Source: Eledone cirrhosa
Lineage: Eukaryota
NCBI GenBank assembly: GCA_964016885.1
Contig: CAXHJY010001389.1
Coordinates: 113,372 to 177,371, forward strand
Length of the DNA: 64,000 nucleotides
Direction of reading: 5' to 3'
The notes under the pieces are model-generated. The model was not told the origin of the DNA. It saw only the letters and a list, made by a program, of their open reading frames with translations, and ran no database searches. Both the position numbers and the translations under genes were made by a program. Shown piece by piece: positions 42,012-52,398 of the stretch (its first letter is position 1; each line of letters starts with the position of its first letter).

Positions 42012-42072
<61 letters not shown>

Positions 42073-42411
42073 CATTTATATTGTACATTTTAACCATTCT
42101 GCTCTGATGATACAGTGGTCACAGCATTTGATAATTGAGTTTTGCAAATAGTTGTAAATTTGCACGTAGCATAACTAGGCTGTACAACCACCGTGGAAAC
42201 ATTTGTAAGCACACGGAATAAATTACCTTTTTATGATGTCTACCTGTTATTATTCATTCTTCATATATATATATATATATATATATATAACCTTACACAC
42301 TTAAATATAAATGCATGTATATATACAAATGTATAGATGCATAGCTATATACATACGTATATGTATGTATGTATGTAGATTTATATATATAGATATGTAT
42401 GTATGTAGATT

Positions 42412-42471
<60 letters not shown>

Positions 42472-42667
42472 TCGTTTCTGAATTTGTTTAGCAAGATTCT
42501 TTATCTGAAAACCTGCGTTGAAACCGATATTGTTATACTTTGGGAGGGTCATGTTGCCAATAAGAAACACACGCACTTCAGTTTATTATAATAAATTTAT
42601 AAATTTATAAATTTATAAATTTCCAGTTGGTTGCTTGGTTCCACAACCAGATGATTGTTTATATATT

Positions 42668-42710
42668 CTCAAAGTTCTTTCGTCACACATTATGTGACCT
42701 CTTCAGTGAC
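42668..42710 (-). ncRNA. Type-I hammerhead, family A, intact core
   Basis: GUCA-CUGAAGA-G-GUCACA uaaug UGUGAC-GAAA-GAAC-UU-UGAG. Confidence 0.8.
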
Positions 42711-42899
42711 TGGGGATTCTTTTCTTTGTTTTTGTGCCTCTCTTTTGTTCTGTCCTACGCCATTTTGTTTTTTTATGTGTGTTGTGTGCTTATTTTGCGT
42801 ATGTGTTATACCCGGGTGTCTGTGTGTGTTTATATTTGTTTATTTACATGTTACTGGTTGGTTGTTTGTTCTATGTGCGTGTGTGTTTTCATTTTGTCC

Positions 42900-45800
42900 T
42901 TAATTGTAAGTTGTGATGTTGCTGTTCCATTCATGTTTTCTATTTAATTTTGGTTGGAGTCCATTTATGTTTATTGCCTCTGTGATTTGTCAAAACATTG
43001 CGTCTTTTCTGTGTGTAGATTCTATTTTTATTTCTATGTTCTCTAATTTACCCTTATGTTCTATTTTAGAATGTTGATAGAGTACAGATGGTTCTTTACT
43101 ATCTTGAAGGTCTCGCCAGTGTTCATTTATCCGTTCCCCTATACTACGAGCTGTCTCACCTATGTACACTATATTTTTATCTCTACATTGTCCTTCAGTA
43201 CATCTTATGCTATATACTACATTTCTAGTTTTACAGTTAATATGGGGGCTTAATTTACAGATTATACATTTCTTATCTATACAGGGAGGTCTTTGAAAAG
43301 GGTATGTATTGCTAATAAGTGTTTTTATTGGTCTTTCTACTATCTTAATATTAATTTTATGTTTATCTAGGGCCCTTCTAAATTTGTAAGCTAATTCACC
43401 TCTAGGGGTTGTATCGATGAACATTACACTCTGGTATTTATTGCTATCTTACCATGAGTTTATTCTATTAGCCTTATTCCTAGTTCTTTCTATTCTATTC
43501 CACAATTTGCTCCTATACAAGGGGCAGGTCCCATTTGTGTCATTATTTACCATTTATTCCCATTTGGTTCTGGCTCCTCTATATACTCTGATTTTATCTC
43601 TCTGATTGTAACCAGAGAACTGCATACGGTGGATGAAGTGTTGTATGTGTCTCTCTAGTTCTTTGGGGTTGCACATGCGGGACACGTTTCTCATCACTCG
43701 TACCAAATCCGCAATCAGTATGTTGATTATGGTATGGGCCAAACCAGCTGAGTTTCGGTGGATCAGATATTTGGAAGTCATGGGTTTTGCATAATGGGAA
43801 TGGAGAATTTGTTTTTTGTTATTAATGGTATCTAACCAGAGCTCTGTGTCTAGTACAGGTAATCGATGGTTGGGGTGTTTGCTTGGGTAGTCTATAGTAA
43901 CTCTAATACTCTGGTGGATGGAGTTAGCTATTTGCTGGATGCTTTCCATTGTGTTTTTCTCTAATTCCTGACTGTTCTCTAGTGGGGGTGTTTTTACTAC
44001 GATGTTTATATCATCAACGTAGCGGGAGCACATTATCAGGGTTAAGGGTATTCTAATTGTTCTTTAAGTTTAAGTCTACTGTCCCACCATACCATAAATA
44101 GGTTAGCTATGTCGCCTGCAATGCTAACACCAATGGCTTCTCCCTCCTCTTGGGCATATGTTTTTCCATTAAATTTGAACATATGTTCCTTAAGGGTTAA
44201 TTTTATACTGGCCCCCACCGCATGTGCAATCATTTTCTTTAGTTCATCTTGGTTTTCGGGGGTCCGTATGGTTCTGGTCCACCCGTTCCATCTATCTGTG
44301 TGGGTTTTCTTGGCCATTGAGGTAATGGTATGTGGTCTGCCTCTTGCTGGTCTTGTAGGGCACAGGTTGCTAAGGCCATATGTATCTAGATAATCATTAC
44401 TATAGGTAAGTTTAAGTAGGAGTCCCAGCTCACTGGTATCAATCCCACGGAATTCAACATTGTTCTCACTGATCATTTCTATGCATTTCTCCACAGCAAA
44501 ATCCACGTCAATAGATGGATACAGGGACACAACATCCATACTACCTATTATACAGTTTGTTAGGTCCCTAGATCGGTTACTCTCGCCGATTCTGCTGAGG
44601 AGGTCCTTCGTGCTGTCACATACATCTGGGGACATTTCAATGATGGGGCGTATGATCAGGGAGAGGAAGTAGGACAGTCTGTAGTTACTAGCAATGTTAG
44701 CTCCACAGACTGGCCGTGTTGGTGGTCCTGTGACAGGGTCACTGCTCGTTTTATGGTCTTTTCGAAGCCCATACAACGCTGGCACGTCATTGTTCCAGGC
44801 CTGGAAGTTGTTGGCAGTCCTTTTGTTGGGCTGCATTATATTTGTCCACATCATCATATGAGCATTGAGGGCTTTTTCCCTATCCTCATGCTCTTGTGGT
44901 GTTACTTCTTTTGTGTTAGTGATGTGGGGTTGCATTGCCTGGATGTAGTTTGGCAGACTGTCAACCGACATTCTGCCAGACTTGTCTGTTGGAAAGCATG
45001 CTATCTCTCCATTACGCGAGCGCTGCATGAGCTTACGTAAGCCATTTGCAGATTTTTCTCCCAGTTGCTGGGCCTCCATTCTATTATGCTTCTTGCTATA
45101 CTGTTCTATAATATTTCTAAGTTTAGATCTAGCTATACTAAATTGTGCTTCTGTTTGTTCATCGACCCGCGACGGCAATTGCGTGCGTTTGTTAAAAGCC
45201 AAAGTCGTGGCGTGGACTCGTCGCAGGTCGAACGACTTATCGGAAGGATTATAAAATGTAGAGTTCCAGGCTGCTGATTTACTAGTGCTATTGTTATTGT
45301 TAGTTGTGTTGTTTCTATTTCTATTTCCACCAACAGCCTCATGGTTGTTTCTATGTATCTCATTATTACTCCTGTCTCTTTCCTCTGGCTCATTGTTATT
45401 ATCTACTCTATTTTGTGTGTCTGTGTGTTCGTCCTGGTTATTTTCTCTGTCCATAGTCTCTCTTCTCCTTTCAATCCTATTACCTTCCCTTATTTCTGTG
45501 CTACTATCATTACCTGTTTTCTGTGTCTGTGTGTTTGTTAAGATTGTGGTGGTGGTGAGAGGCATTGAATGTGTGTGTGTTGTTGTTGTTGTTGTTGATG
45601 TGTGCTGTTGTTGATGTGTGTTGTTGTTATTGTCTTCGTGTATGTTATTATTTTTGTGTGTGTTGTTATTGTTGTTTGTGTCTGCGTGTCTGTTGTTGTT
45701 GTTTCTGAGTATGTTATTATTGTTGATGTGTGTGTTGTTGTTATTGTTGTTCGTGCCTGTGTGTCTGTTGCTGTTGGGATATGTGTTGTATATGTGTGTC

Positions 45801-46611
45801 TGTGTGTGTGCGTATGTTGTTACTTTTGTTTTTGTTTTTGAGGCTCCAACGTAATTTTGTAAATGATTTTTCTATCTCTGACAAACATTTAATCATATTT
45901 ACCTTATTAAATGTGGCATACTTAGGTGGTTGTTGTAATACTGATAATTCATCAGAGTCGACCGTAGTGTTGCCGTATATATTTGTGTTGTTGTTGTTGA
46001 ATTCATCTGTTAATGAGATGTCGGCCATATTTATACCGTCAATTTTGTCGGGATATCTATTGATATTCTCTAAAGTATCTTGATTTAGTTTTATCTGTTT
46101 GAGCCACTTTAGTTTCTTGTTAAAGTGCTTGTCACATTCTTGAACAATTTACTTTTCTTCAGGACGTATAAGGTTTATAAATATAATTTTTCTCTTGGTG
46201 TGGTGATCTTACTTATTTCTTGTAATAGGTTACGCTTATGTTTTTCTTGATGACTTAATTCTCTATAAATCTTCTTTTTCATGTTTAGAATTAGTGTTCG
46301 TTTTAGCCTATCTGCTTGCTTTTTGGTGAGCTGTAATCTTCTTACATCGGTGTTGATGGTGTTGGTGTAAATTCAGGACGAGGCACATTCTTTTATGAAG
46401 TGTAGTTGTCGAGATGTTATTGTTTTTCGAGACAACAGAACATGGTGGTTTTCAGTATCTTGTTAGCCTGGCTAAGGCTTACGATATTTCGTTTCTGAAT
46501 TTGTTTAGCAAGATGCTTTATCTGAAAACGTGTGTTGAAACCGATATTGTTATACTTTGGGAGGGTCACATTTAGGAATTTATAAATTTCTGGTTGGTTG
46601 GTTGGTTCCAC
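42900..46611 (-). pseudogene. PLE polyprotein: N-terminal domain, RT, Cys-rich linker and GIY-YIG endonuclease, disrupted
   Basis: YGLRKDHK...PTRPVCG, DVVSLYPSID, AIGVSIAGDIANLFM, RYVDDI, PCIDKKCIIC, NVVYSIRC...YIGETARSIGERINEH. Contains frameshifts and stops, plus a low-complexity N/T/H insert at about 45250-45840. Confidence 0.93.
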
Positions 46612-46634
46612 AACCAGATGATTGTTTATATATT

Positions 46635-46677
46635 GTCAAAGTTCTTTCCTCACACATTCTGTGACCACTTCAGTGAC
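46635..46677 (-). ncRNA. Hammerhead, family A, decayed (A9U)
   Basis: GUCA-CUGAAGU-GGUCACA gaaug UGUGAG-GAAA-GAAC-UU-UGAC. Confidence 0.65.
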
Positions 46678-46896
46678 TGGGGATTCTTTTCTTTGTTTTT
46701 GTGCCTCTCCTTTGTTCTGTCCTACGCCATCTTGTTTTTGTGTGTGTGTTGTGTGCTTAGATTGCGCATGTGTTACATCCGGGTGTCTATGTGTGTTTAT
46801 ATATATATATGTATATATGTATGTATGTATGTAGATTTATATATATATATATGTGTGTGTGTATGTATGTATATTTATATATATATATATATGTAG

Positions 46897-46960
<64 letters not shown>

Positions 46961-47172
46961 TTTCTGAATTTGTTTAGCAAGATCCTTTATCTGAAAACGT
47001 GTGATGAAACTGATATTGTTATGCTTTGGGAGAGTCATGTTGCCAATAAGAAACACACGCACCAGTTGCTTTCACTCCAATTTATTATAAATTAAATTTA
47101 TAAATTTAAGAATTTATAAATTTCCGGTTGGTTGGTTGGTTGGTTCCATAACCGGACGGTTGTTCATATATT

Positions 47173-47215
47173 GTCAAAGTTCTTTCATCACACATTCTGT
47201 GACCTTTTCAGTGAC
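47173..47215 (-). ncRNA. Hammerhead, family A, decayed (G8A)
   Basis: GUCA-CUGAAAA-GGUCACA gaaug UGUGAU-GAAA-GAAC-UU-UGAC. Confidence 0.65.
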
Positions 47216-49184
47216 TAGGGATTCTTTTCTTTGTTTTGTGCCTCTCCTTTGTTCTGTCCTACGTCATCTTGTTTTTGTGTGTGTTGTGTGCTTAGTTTGC
47301 GCATGTGTTACATCCGGGTCTCTGTGTGTGTTTTTATTTGTTTATTTATATGTTTATTTACATGTTACTGGTTGGTTGTTTGTTCTATGTGTGTGTGTGT
47401 TTTCATTTTGTCCTTAATTGTAAGTTGTGATGTTGCTATTCCATTCATGTTTTCTATTTAATTTTGGTTGGAGTTCATTTATGTTTATTGCCTCTGTGAT
47501 TTGTCTAAACATTGCGTGTTTTCTGTGTGTAGATTCTATTTTTATTTCTATGTTCTCTAATTTGCACTTATGTTCTATTTTAGCATGTTGGTGGAGATTT
47601 GATGAATCTTTTTTATCTTAAAGTTCTCGCCAGTGTTCATTTAACCGTTCTCCTATACTACGAGCTGTCTCACCTATGTACACTATATTTTTATCTCTAC
47701 ATTGTCCTTCAGTACATCTTATGCTATATACTACATTTCTAGTTTTACAGTTAATATGGGGGCTTAGTTTACAGACTATGCATTTCTTATCTATAGAGGG
47801 AGGTCTTTGAAAAGGGTATGTATTGCTAATAAGTGTTTTTATGGACGTACCTGGTCTTTCTACTATCTTAATATTAATTTTATCTAGGGCCCTTCTAAAT
47901 TTGTAAGCTAATTCACCTCTAGGGGTTGTATTGATGAACATTACACTCTGGTATTTATTGCTATCATACCATGAGTTTAATCTATTAACCTTATTCCTAG
48001 TTCTTTCTATTCTATTCCAAAATTTGCTCCTATACAAGGGGCAGGTCTCTTTTGTATCATTATTTACCATTTTTTCCCATTTGGTTCTGGCTCCTCTATA
48101 TACTCTGATTTTATCTCTCTGTAACCAGAGAACTGCATACGGTGGATGAAGTGTTGTATGTGTCTCTCTAGTTCTTTGGGGTTGCACATGCGGGACACGT
48201 TTCTCATCACCCATACCAAATCTGCAATCAGTATGTTGATTTTGGTGTGATCCGAAAGAGCTGAGTTTCGGTGGATCAGATATTTGGAAGTCATGGGTTT
48301 GGCATAATGGGAATGGAGGATTTGTTTTTTGTTATTAATGGTTTCTAACCAGAGCTCTGTGTCTAGTACAGGTAATCGATGGTTGGGGTGTTTGCTTGGG
48401 TAGTCTATAGAAACTCTAATACTCTGGTGGATGGAGTTAGCTATTTGCTGAATGCTATCCATGGTGTTTTTCTCTAATTCCTGACTGTTCTCTAGTGGGG
48501 GTGTTTTTACTACGATGTTTATATCATCAACTTAGTGGGAGTACATTATCAGGGTTAAGAGGTTGCTGTCTTCTAATTCTTCTTTAAGTTTAAGTTTAAG
48601 TCTATTGTCCCACCATACCATGAATAGGTTAGCTATGTCACCTGCAATGCTAACACCAATGGCTGCTCCCTCCTCTTGGGCATATGTTTTTCCATTAAAT
48701 TTGAACATATGTTCCTTAAGGGTTAATTTTATACTGGCCCCCACCGCATGTGCAATCATTTTCTTTAGTTCATCGTGGTTTTCGGGGGTCCGTATGGTTC
48801 TGGTCCACCCGTTCCATTTTTTTGTGTAGGTTTTCTTGGCCATTGGATAATGGTAGGTGGTCTGCCTCTTGCTGGTCTTGTAGGGCACAGGTTGTTAAAA
48901 TCATATGTATCTAGATAATCATTACTATAGGTAAGTTTAAGTAGGAGTCCCACGGAATCCAACAGAATTCAACATTTCTCTTACTGATCATTTCTACGCA
49001 TTTCTCCACAGCAAAATCCACGTCAATGGATGGATATAGGGACACAACACCCATACTACCTATTATACAGTTTGTTAGGTCCCTAGATCGGTTACTTTCG
49101 CTGATTCTGCTGAGGAGGTCCTCCGTGCTGTCACATATATCTGGGAACAAAGGAGAGGCACAAAAACAAAGAAAAGAATCCCCA

Positions 49185-49227
49185 GTCACTGAAGAGGTCA
49201 CAGAATGTGCGAGGAAAGAACTTTGAC
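49185..49227 (+). ncRNA. Hammerhead, family A, in the inverted pLTR
   Basis: GUCA-CUGAAGA-GGUCACA gaaug UGCGAG-GAAA-GAAC-UU-UGAC; stem II weakened. Confidence 0.72.
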
Positions 49228-49529
49228 AATATATGAACAACCGTCCGGTTATGGAACCAACCAACCAACCGGAAATTTATAAATTCTTAAATTTATAAAT
49301 TTAATTTATAATAAATTGGAGTGAAAGCAACTGGTGCGTGTGTTTCTTATTGGCAACATGACCCTCCCAAAGCATAACAATATATATATATATATATATA
49401 TATAAATATATAAATCTACATACATACATATATACATACATTTATATTTAAGTGTGTAAGGATGTTGATATGATCTATGTCTTCTTTTTTTGGTAAGGAG
49501 AACATTAACATCAATAACTAACGCCGGCC

Positions 49530-49560
<31 letters not shown>

Positions 49561-49632
49561 ATGTATGTGGATATAAGTGTGTGTGTGTATGTATGTATGT
49601 ATGTATGTATGTATGTATGTATGTATGTATGT

Positions 49633-50075
49633 ATGGCCATCCAAAATCACCGGGAGAGATGACCCCTTAGCCTTTGTTAAGGCAGAATTCTAGGAGAAGG
49701 AAAACTCTGATATAACACCTGCAACCCTGATGGTATCCAATGATGTTGACTTGTTCTTCTTTTTTGTAAATATCATCTTGGTTAAGAGAGTGGGACTGGC
49801 TTTGTGCAGTGCCTTTGCTCACTATAAAAGCTTCACGGCACAGGCATTGCTTTATATCTGGAGATCTCTCTGCACTTGTCGTCACATGGTAACATGGGCC
49901 CAGCAATGTGTCACTAATTGTCACAAGTGTAGTGTTTGTACCAGAGTTTTCAAGTCGCTGGCTGGACTAAAAAGTCACACTCGTTCAGCGCATCGGTAGG
50001 GGTTCTCCTACATGGATATAAAGTAGTGGCCGTACTCGAAAACGAGTTGGCAGCCACCATGTATGTATGTATGTG
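49633..50075 (+). mobile_element. Short RTE-derived element (5'-UTR-like part plus 3' end with C2H2 finger) inside a (GTAT)n tract
   Basis: CTAGGAGAAGGAAAACTCTGA resembles an RTE 5' UTR motif. HKCSVCTRVFKSLAGLKSHTRSAHR* resembles the RTE C-terminal zinc finger. (ATGT)n on both sides. Confidence 0.6.
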
Positions 50076-50410
50076 TGTGTATGTTCACCATCATTGCTTC
50101 TTCTTGTCATTTCTGTTGAAGGAGTCCTTACTTTCATTCTCTTTGATTTCTTTTGATTTTCTTTTATCTCCCTAGGGAATTCGTTGACAAGCTTCTTTTA
50201 TTTATTTTCTTCGTTTTCTTCATTCAAATCACTGACTGTCTAAGGGACGTACAAATATGACTTATAAAACTTACCAAACTAAAGGGGCTTCTAGCGCCCT
50301 CAAAGTTTCAAACGCCCCCTTACTGCATAACGCCTCCTTGGAGCTACGAAACGCCCCCCGGGGTGGCATATGCCCCCCCCCCCTCCCCGTTGGGAACCTT
50401 TAATATAGAA

Positions 50411-50740
50411 CATAACAAAGCAGAGACACAAAATAAGACATCAGTCACTGAAAGGCTCACAGAATGTGAGACGAAAGAGCTGTGACCCCCCCCCCCCCCA
50501 GTGACTGATATCCTATTTGGTGTCTCTCCTGTGTTATGTTATATACCATGGAAGTTGATTTTGTCGTGGAAACCCATGACCTCCAAATATCTGATCCACC
50601 GAACCTCAGCCATTTCGGATAACATGAAATTCAACATACTGATTGCGGATTTAGTAAGAGTGGTGAGGAACGTGTCCCGCATGTGCAATCCTAAAGAATT
50701 AGTGAGACACATACAACACTTCATCCACCGCATGCAGTTC
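50411..50740. mobile_element. Rest of the fold-back PLE split by the hAT: pLTR piece, poly-C, mirrored pLTR/RT arm
   Basis: 50499-50572 is the reverse complement of 36559-36592 joined to 50411-50450. 50573-50740 is the reverse complement of about 35697-35855. Confidence 0.85.
50444..50486 (+). ncRNA. Degenerate hammerhead, family A-related
   Basis: GUCA-CUGAAAG-GCUCACA gaa UGUGAGAC-GAAA-GAGC-UG-UGAC; core and cleavage site are altered. Confidence 0.5.
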
Positions 50741-50742
50741 TC

Positions 50743-51163
50743 TTTTTCCGTGCTAGCATGGGTTAGACGAATTGTCCTGTTGTGGGCAAAGCCAAGTCAA
50801 GTGACCATGTCTTGCTCATATAGAACTGATTTTGGCTTGATTTCGACAGATGGATGTACTTCCTAACACCAAGCTCATTTACAGTGTGGACTGGGTGATT
50901 TTTTGTCGTGACACCTACACGACCACTTTACAATGGGAGGGGGTGCAGCATACTGTCTATATGCTCCAGCTTCGGCTTGTACCCATGGGAAGTGGTGTAT
51001 CACCACGTAACGCCAGATGTCTTGGCCCCGTGTCATCACCTTTCAGAAGTTCAATTGGGCAAGATCGGCTTTTATCACCTCATCCTAGTCTTATTCGGTG
51101 TCCCCCACTCCAAGGTTTGCATCGACTTTGAGTGCTCTGCACCATTTTATTCAGTTGTCATCC

Positions 51164-51168
<5 letters not shown>
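50743..51168 (-). mobile_element. RTE-clade LINE 3' fragment
   Basis: Homologous to 33579-34000. Minus strand reads MKDDN*IKWCRALKV...EVIKADLAQL...DIWRYVV with disruptions. Confidence 0.75.
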
Positions 51169-51225
<57 letters not shown>

Positions 51226-51339
51226 TAAGAGGAATTCCAACTTTGTCTGATTTACTCGTTTTATTTACAATCCTTTAAAATATATATAATGGTATTATAA
51301 TGAAATAGTATGATAGAATATTAAATTCTAAGTGTTAAT

Positions 51340-51378
51340 TGAACAAGTACTTTCATGCTTTCGCAATCTTCAGGTTCA
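51340..51378 (-). ncRNA. Minimal type-I hammerhead, mirror copy
   Basis: Reverse complement of 51452-51490. Confidence 0.85.
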
Positions 51379-51451
51379 TGATATGTGGTGACAGTCGAGT
51401 TTGCAATTTTCAACTGTGGAAAATTGCAAACTCGACTGTCACCACATATCA

Positions 51452-51490
51452 TGAACCTGAAGATTGCGAAAGCATGAAAGTACTTGTTCA
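51452..51490 (+). ncRNA. Minimal type-I hammerhead (39 nt)
   Basis: UGAAC-CUGAAGA-uUGC gaaa GCAu-GAAA-GUAC-UU-GUUCA. Stem I is 5 bp, stem II has a GNRA loop, loop III is the palindrome GUAC. Confidence 0.85.
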
Positions 51491-51849
51491 ATTAACACTT
51501 AGAATTTAATATTCTATCATACTATTTCATTATAATACCATTATATATATTTTAAAGGATTGTAAATAAAACGAGTAAATCAGACAAAGTTGGAATTCCT
51601 CTTATTAATATAATCTTCTATACACAATCATACACACCCGTGTATATTTACCTATCTATATCTATATATATATATATATATATATATACGTATAAATTAC
51701 TTCGAGTATTTGTAGTTAATTACCGACACTTCAGTATACAGGATAGAGCACTCGACGAAGTGCACAGGTGGGTCTGTTTACTCCAGAGTATATTTATAAA
51801 CATGAAGTACAAATCAACAGGTTAAGATTAACTTCGTTCAATCATAGTC

Positions 51850-51908
51850 GCTGTTATATATATTTCGGTGATAACCATTATGCAACAGCTATTACCTCAT
51901 CAGACAGC
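51850..51908 (-). ncRNA. Type-I hammerhead
   Basis: GCUGU-CUGAUGA-GGUAAUAGC...GUUAUCACC-GAAA-UAUAUA-UA-ACAGC. Perfect stem I and palindromic stem-loop III. Confidence 0.87.
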
Positions 51909-52326
51909 TAGAATTTGAAACAGAAAATAACGGAAAACCGTAAAGATGGAACAAAGTTTACTTCTGTTGTTTTGCTTCATTGATATGCTCCTGACTGAAA
52001 TTTGATGTTACTTTCTCAATGTACCGGTAGCATATGATTTAGAATGAAGAAACTTATAGCATCAGTAGAAGTAACACCTTCCTATTGGTCAGATTTAGCC
52101 CTAATACAAATTACTAATTGATGCTGGGCTGAGAGCTCATAAACATAATTGGAATTAACACATATTAGTATAGATTAATACACATTAATACACCACCACC
52201 AACACACATGTATAAATATATACATAAGATATGTTGAAATATATAGCAAGAAAAATAACTCTTTGTATTAGTTATTATAAGTTATTTCCCTTTGACAATG
52301 TTTTTTTTGCGGAATTGCGTCATAAT

Positions 52327-52331
52327 GCACA

Positions 52332-52398
<67 letters not shown>
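52327..52398. repeat. (GCAC)n microsatellite
   Basis: About 17 copies, read directly. Confidence 0.95.

Larger units (their letters stand above)
40752..42012 (+). mobile_element. ORF-less PLE derivative, family B: about 270-bp inverted arms (40752-41022 and 41601-41872) plus a one-sided tail, flanked by (TA)n
   Basis: The arms are reverse complements and each contains a hammerhead. The tail 41873-42012 is homologous to 55531-55672. Confidence 0.85.
42290..46800 (-). mobile_element. Near full-length Penelope-like retroelement, family A copy 1, with direct pLTRs
   Basis: pLTR sequence (hammerhead plus ORF start MEPTNQPEIYKF...AKQIQKRN) occurs at about 46480-46800 and again at about 42470-42830, with RT and GIY-YIG between. 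Flanked by (TA)n. Confidence 0.93.
46957..49461 (-). mobile_element. Penelope-like element, family A copy 2: 5'-truncated, with inverted 5' pLTR (49146-49461)
   Basis: RT to GIY-YIG pseudogene runs 49145 to 47414 (CDSTEDLL...YIGETARSIGERLNEH). 3' pLTR about 47410-46957. A reverse-oriented pLTR is fused at 49145/49146. Confidence 0.92.
36593..50402 (-). mobile_element. hAT (Buster/Charlie-type) DNA transposon enlarged to 13.8 kb by nested insertions
   Basis: Left TIR CAAAGGTTCTCAAAC (36593) versus reverse complement of the right end TAAAGGTTCCCAACG (50402). 8-bp TSD GTATAGAA (36585-36592) and ATATAGAA (50403-50410). AAACGCCCCC subterminal motifs at both ends. Removing the element rejoins the flanking PLE sequence. 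Confidence 0.85.
51218..51640. mobile_element. Palindromic PLE-derived element: 194-bp perfect arms (51218-51411 and 51419-51612), 7-nt loop, about 28-nt one-sided tail
   Basis: No mismatch seen between the arms. Loop AACTGTG. Tail atcttctatacacaatcatacacacccg. (TA)n on both sides. Confidence 0.92.

Noticed and set aside
42100-42140. CTGATGA-tacagtggtcacagca-tttGATA
   Set aside because: Stem II is mismatched and there is no GAAA; too degenerate to call.
42990-42992. In-frame TGA in the PLE endonuclease as possible selenocysteine, as in some Naiad PLEs
   Set aside because: The paralogous copy has AGA (MFRQITEA) at this position, and the linker and endonuclease cysteines are not TGA-encoded in these copies.
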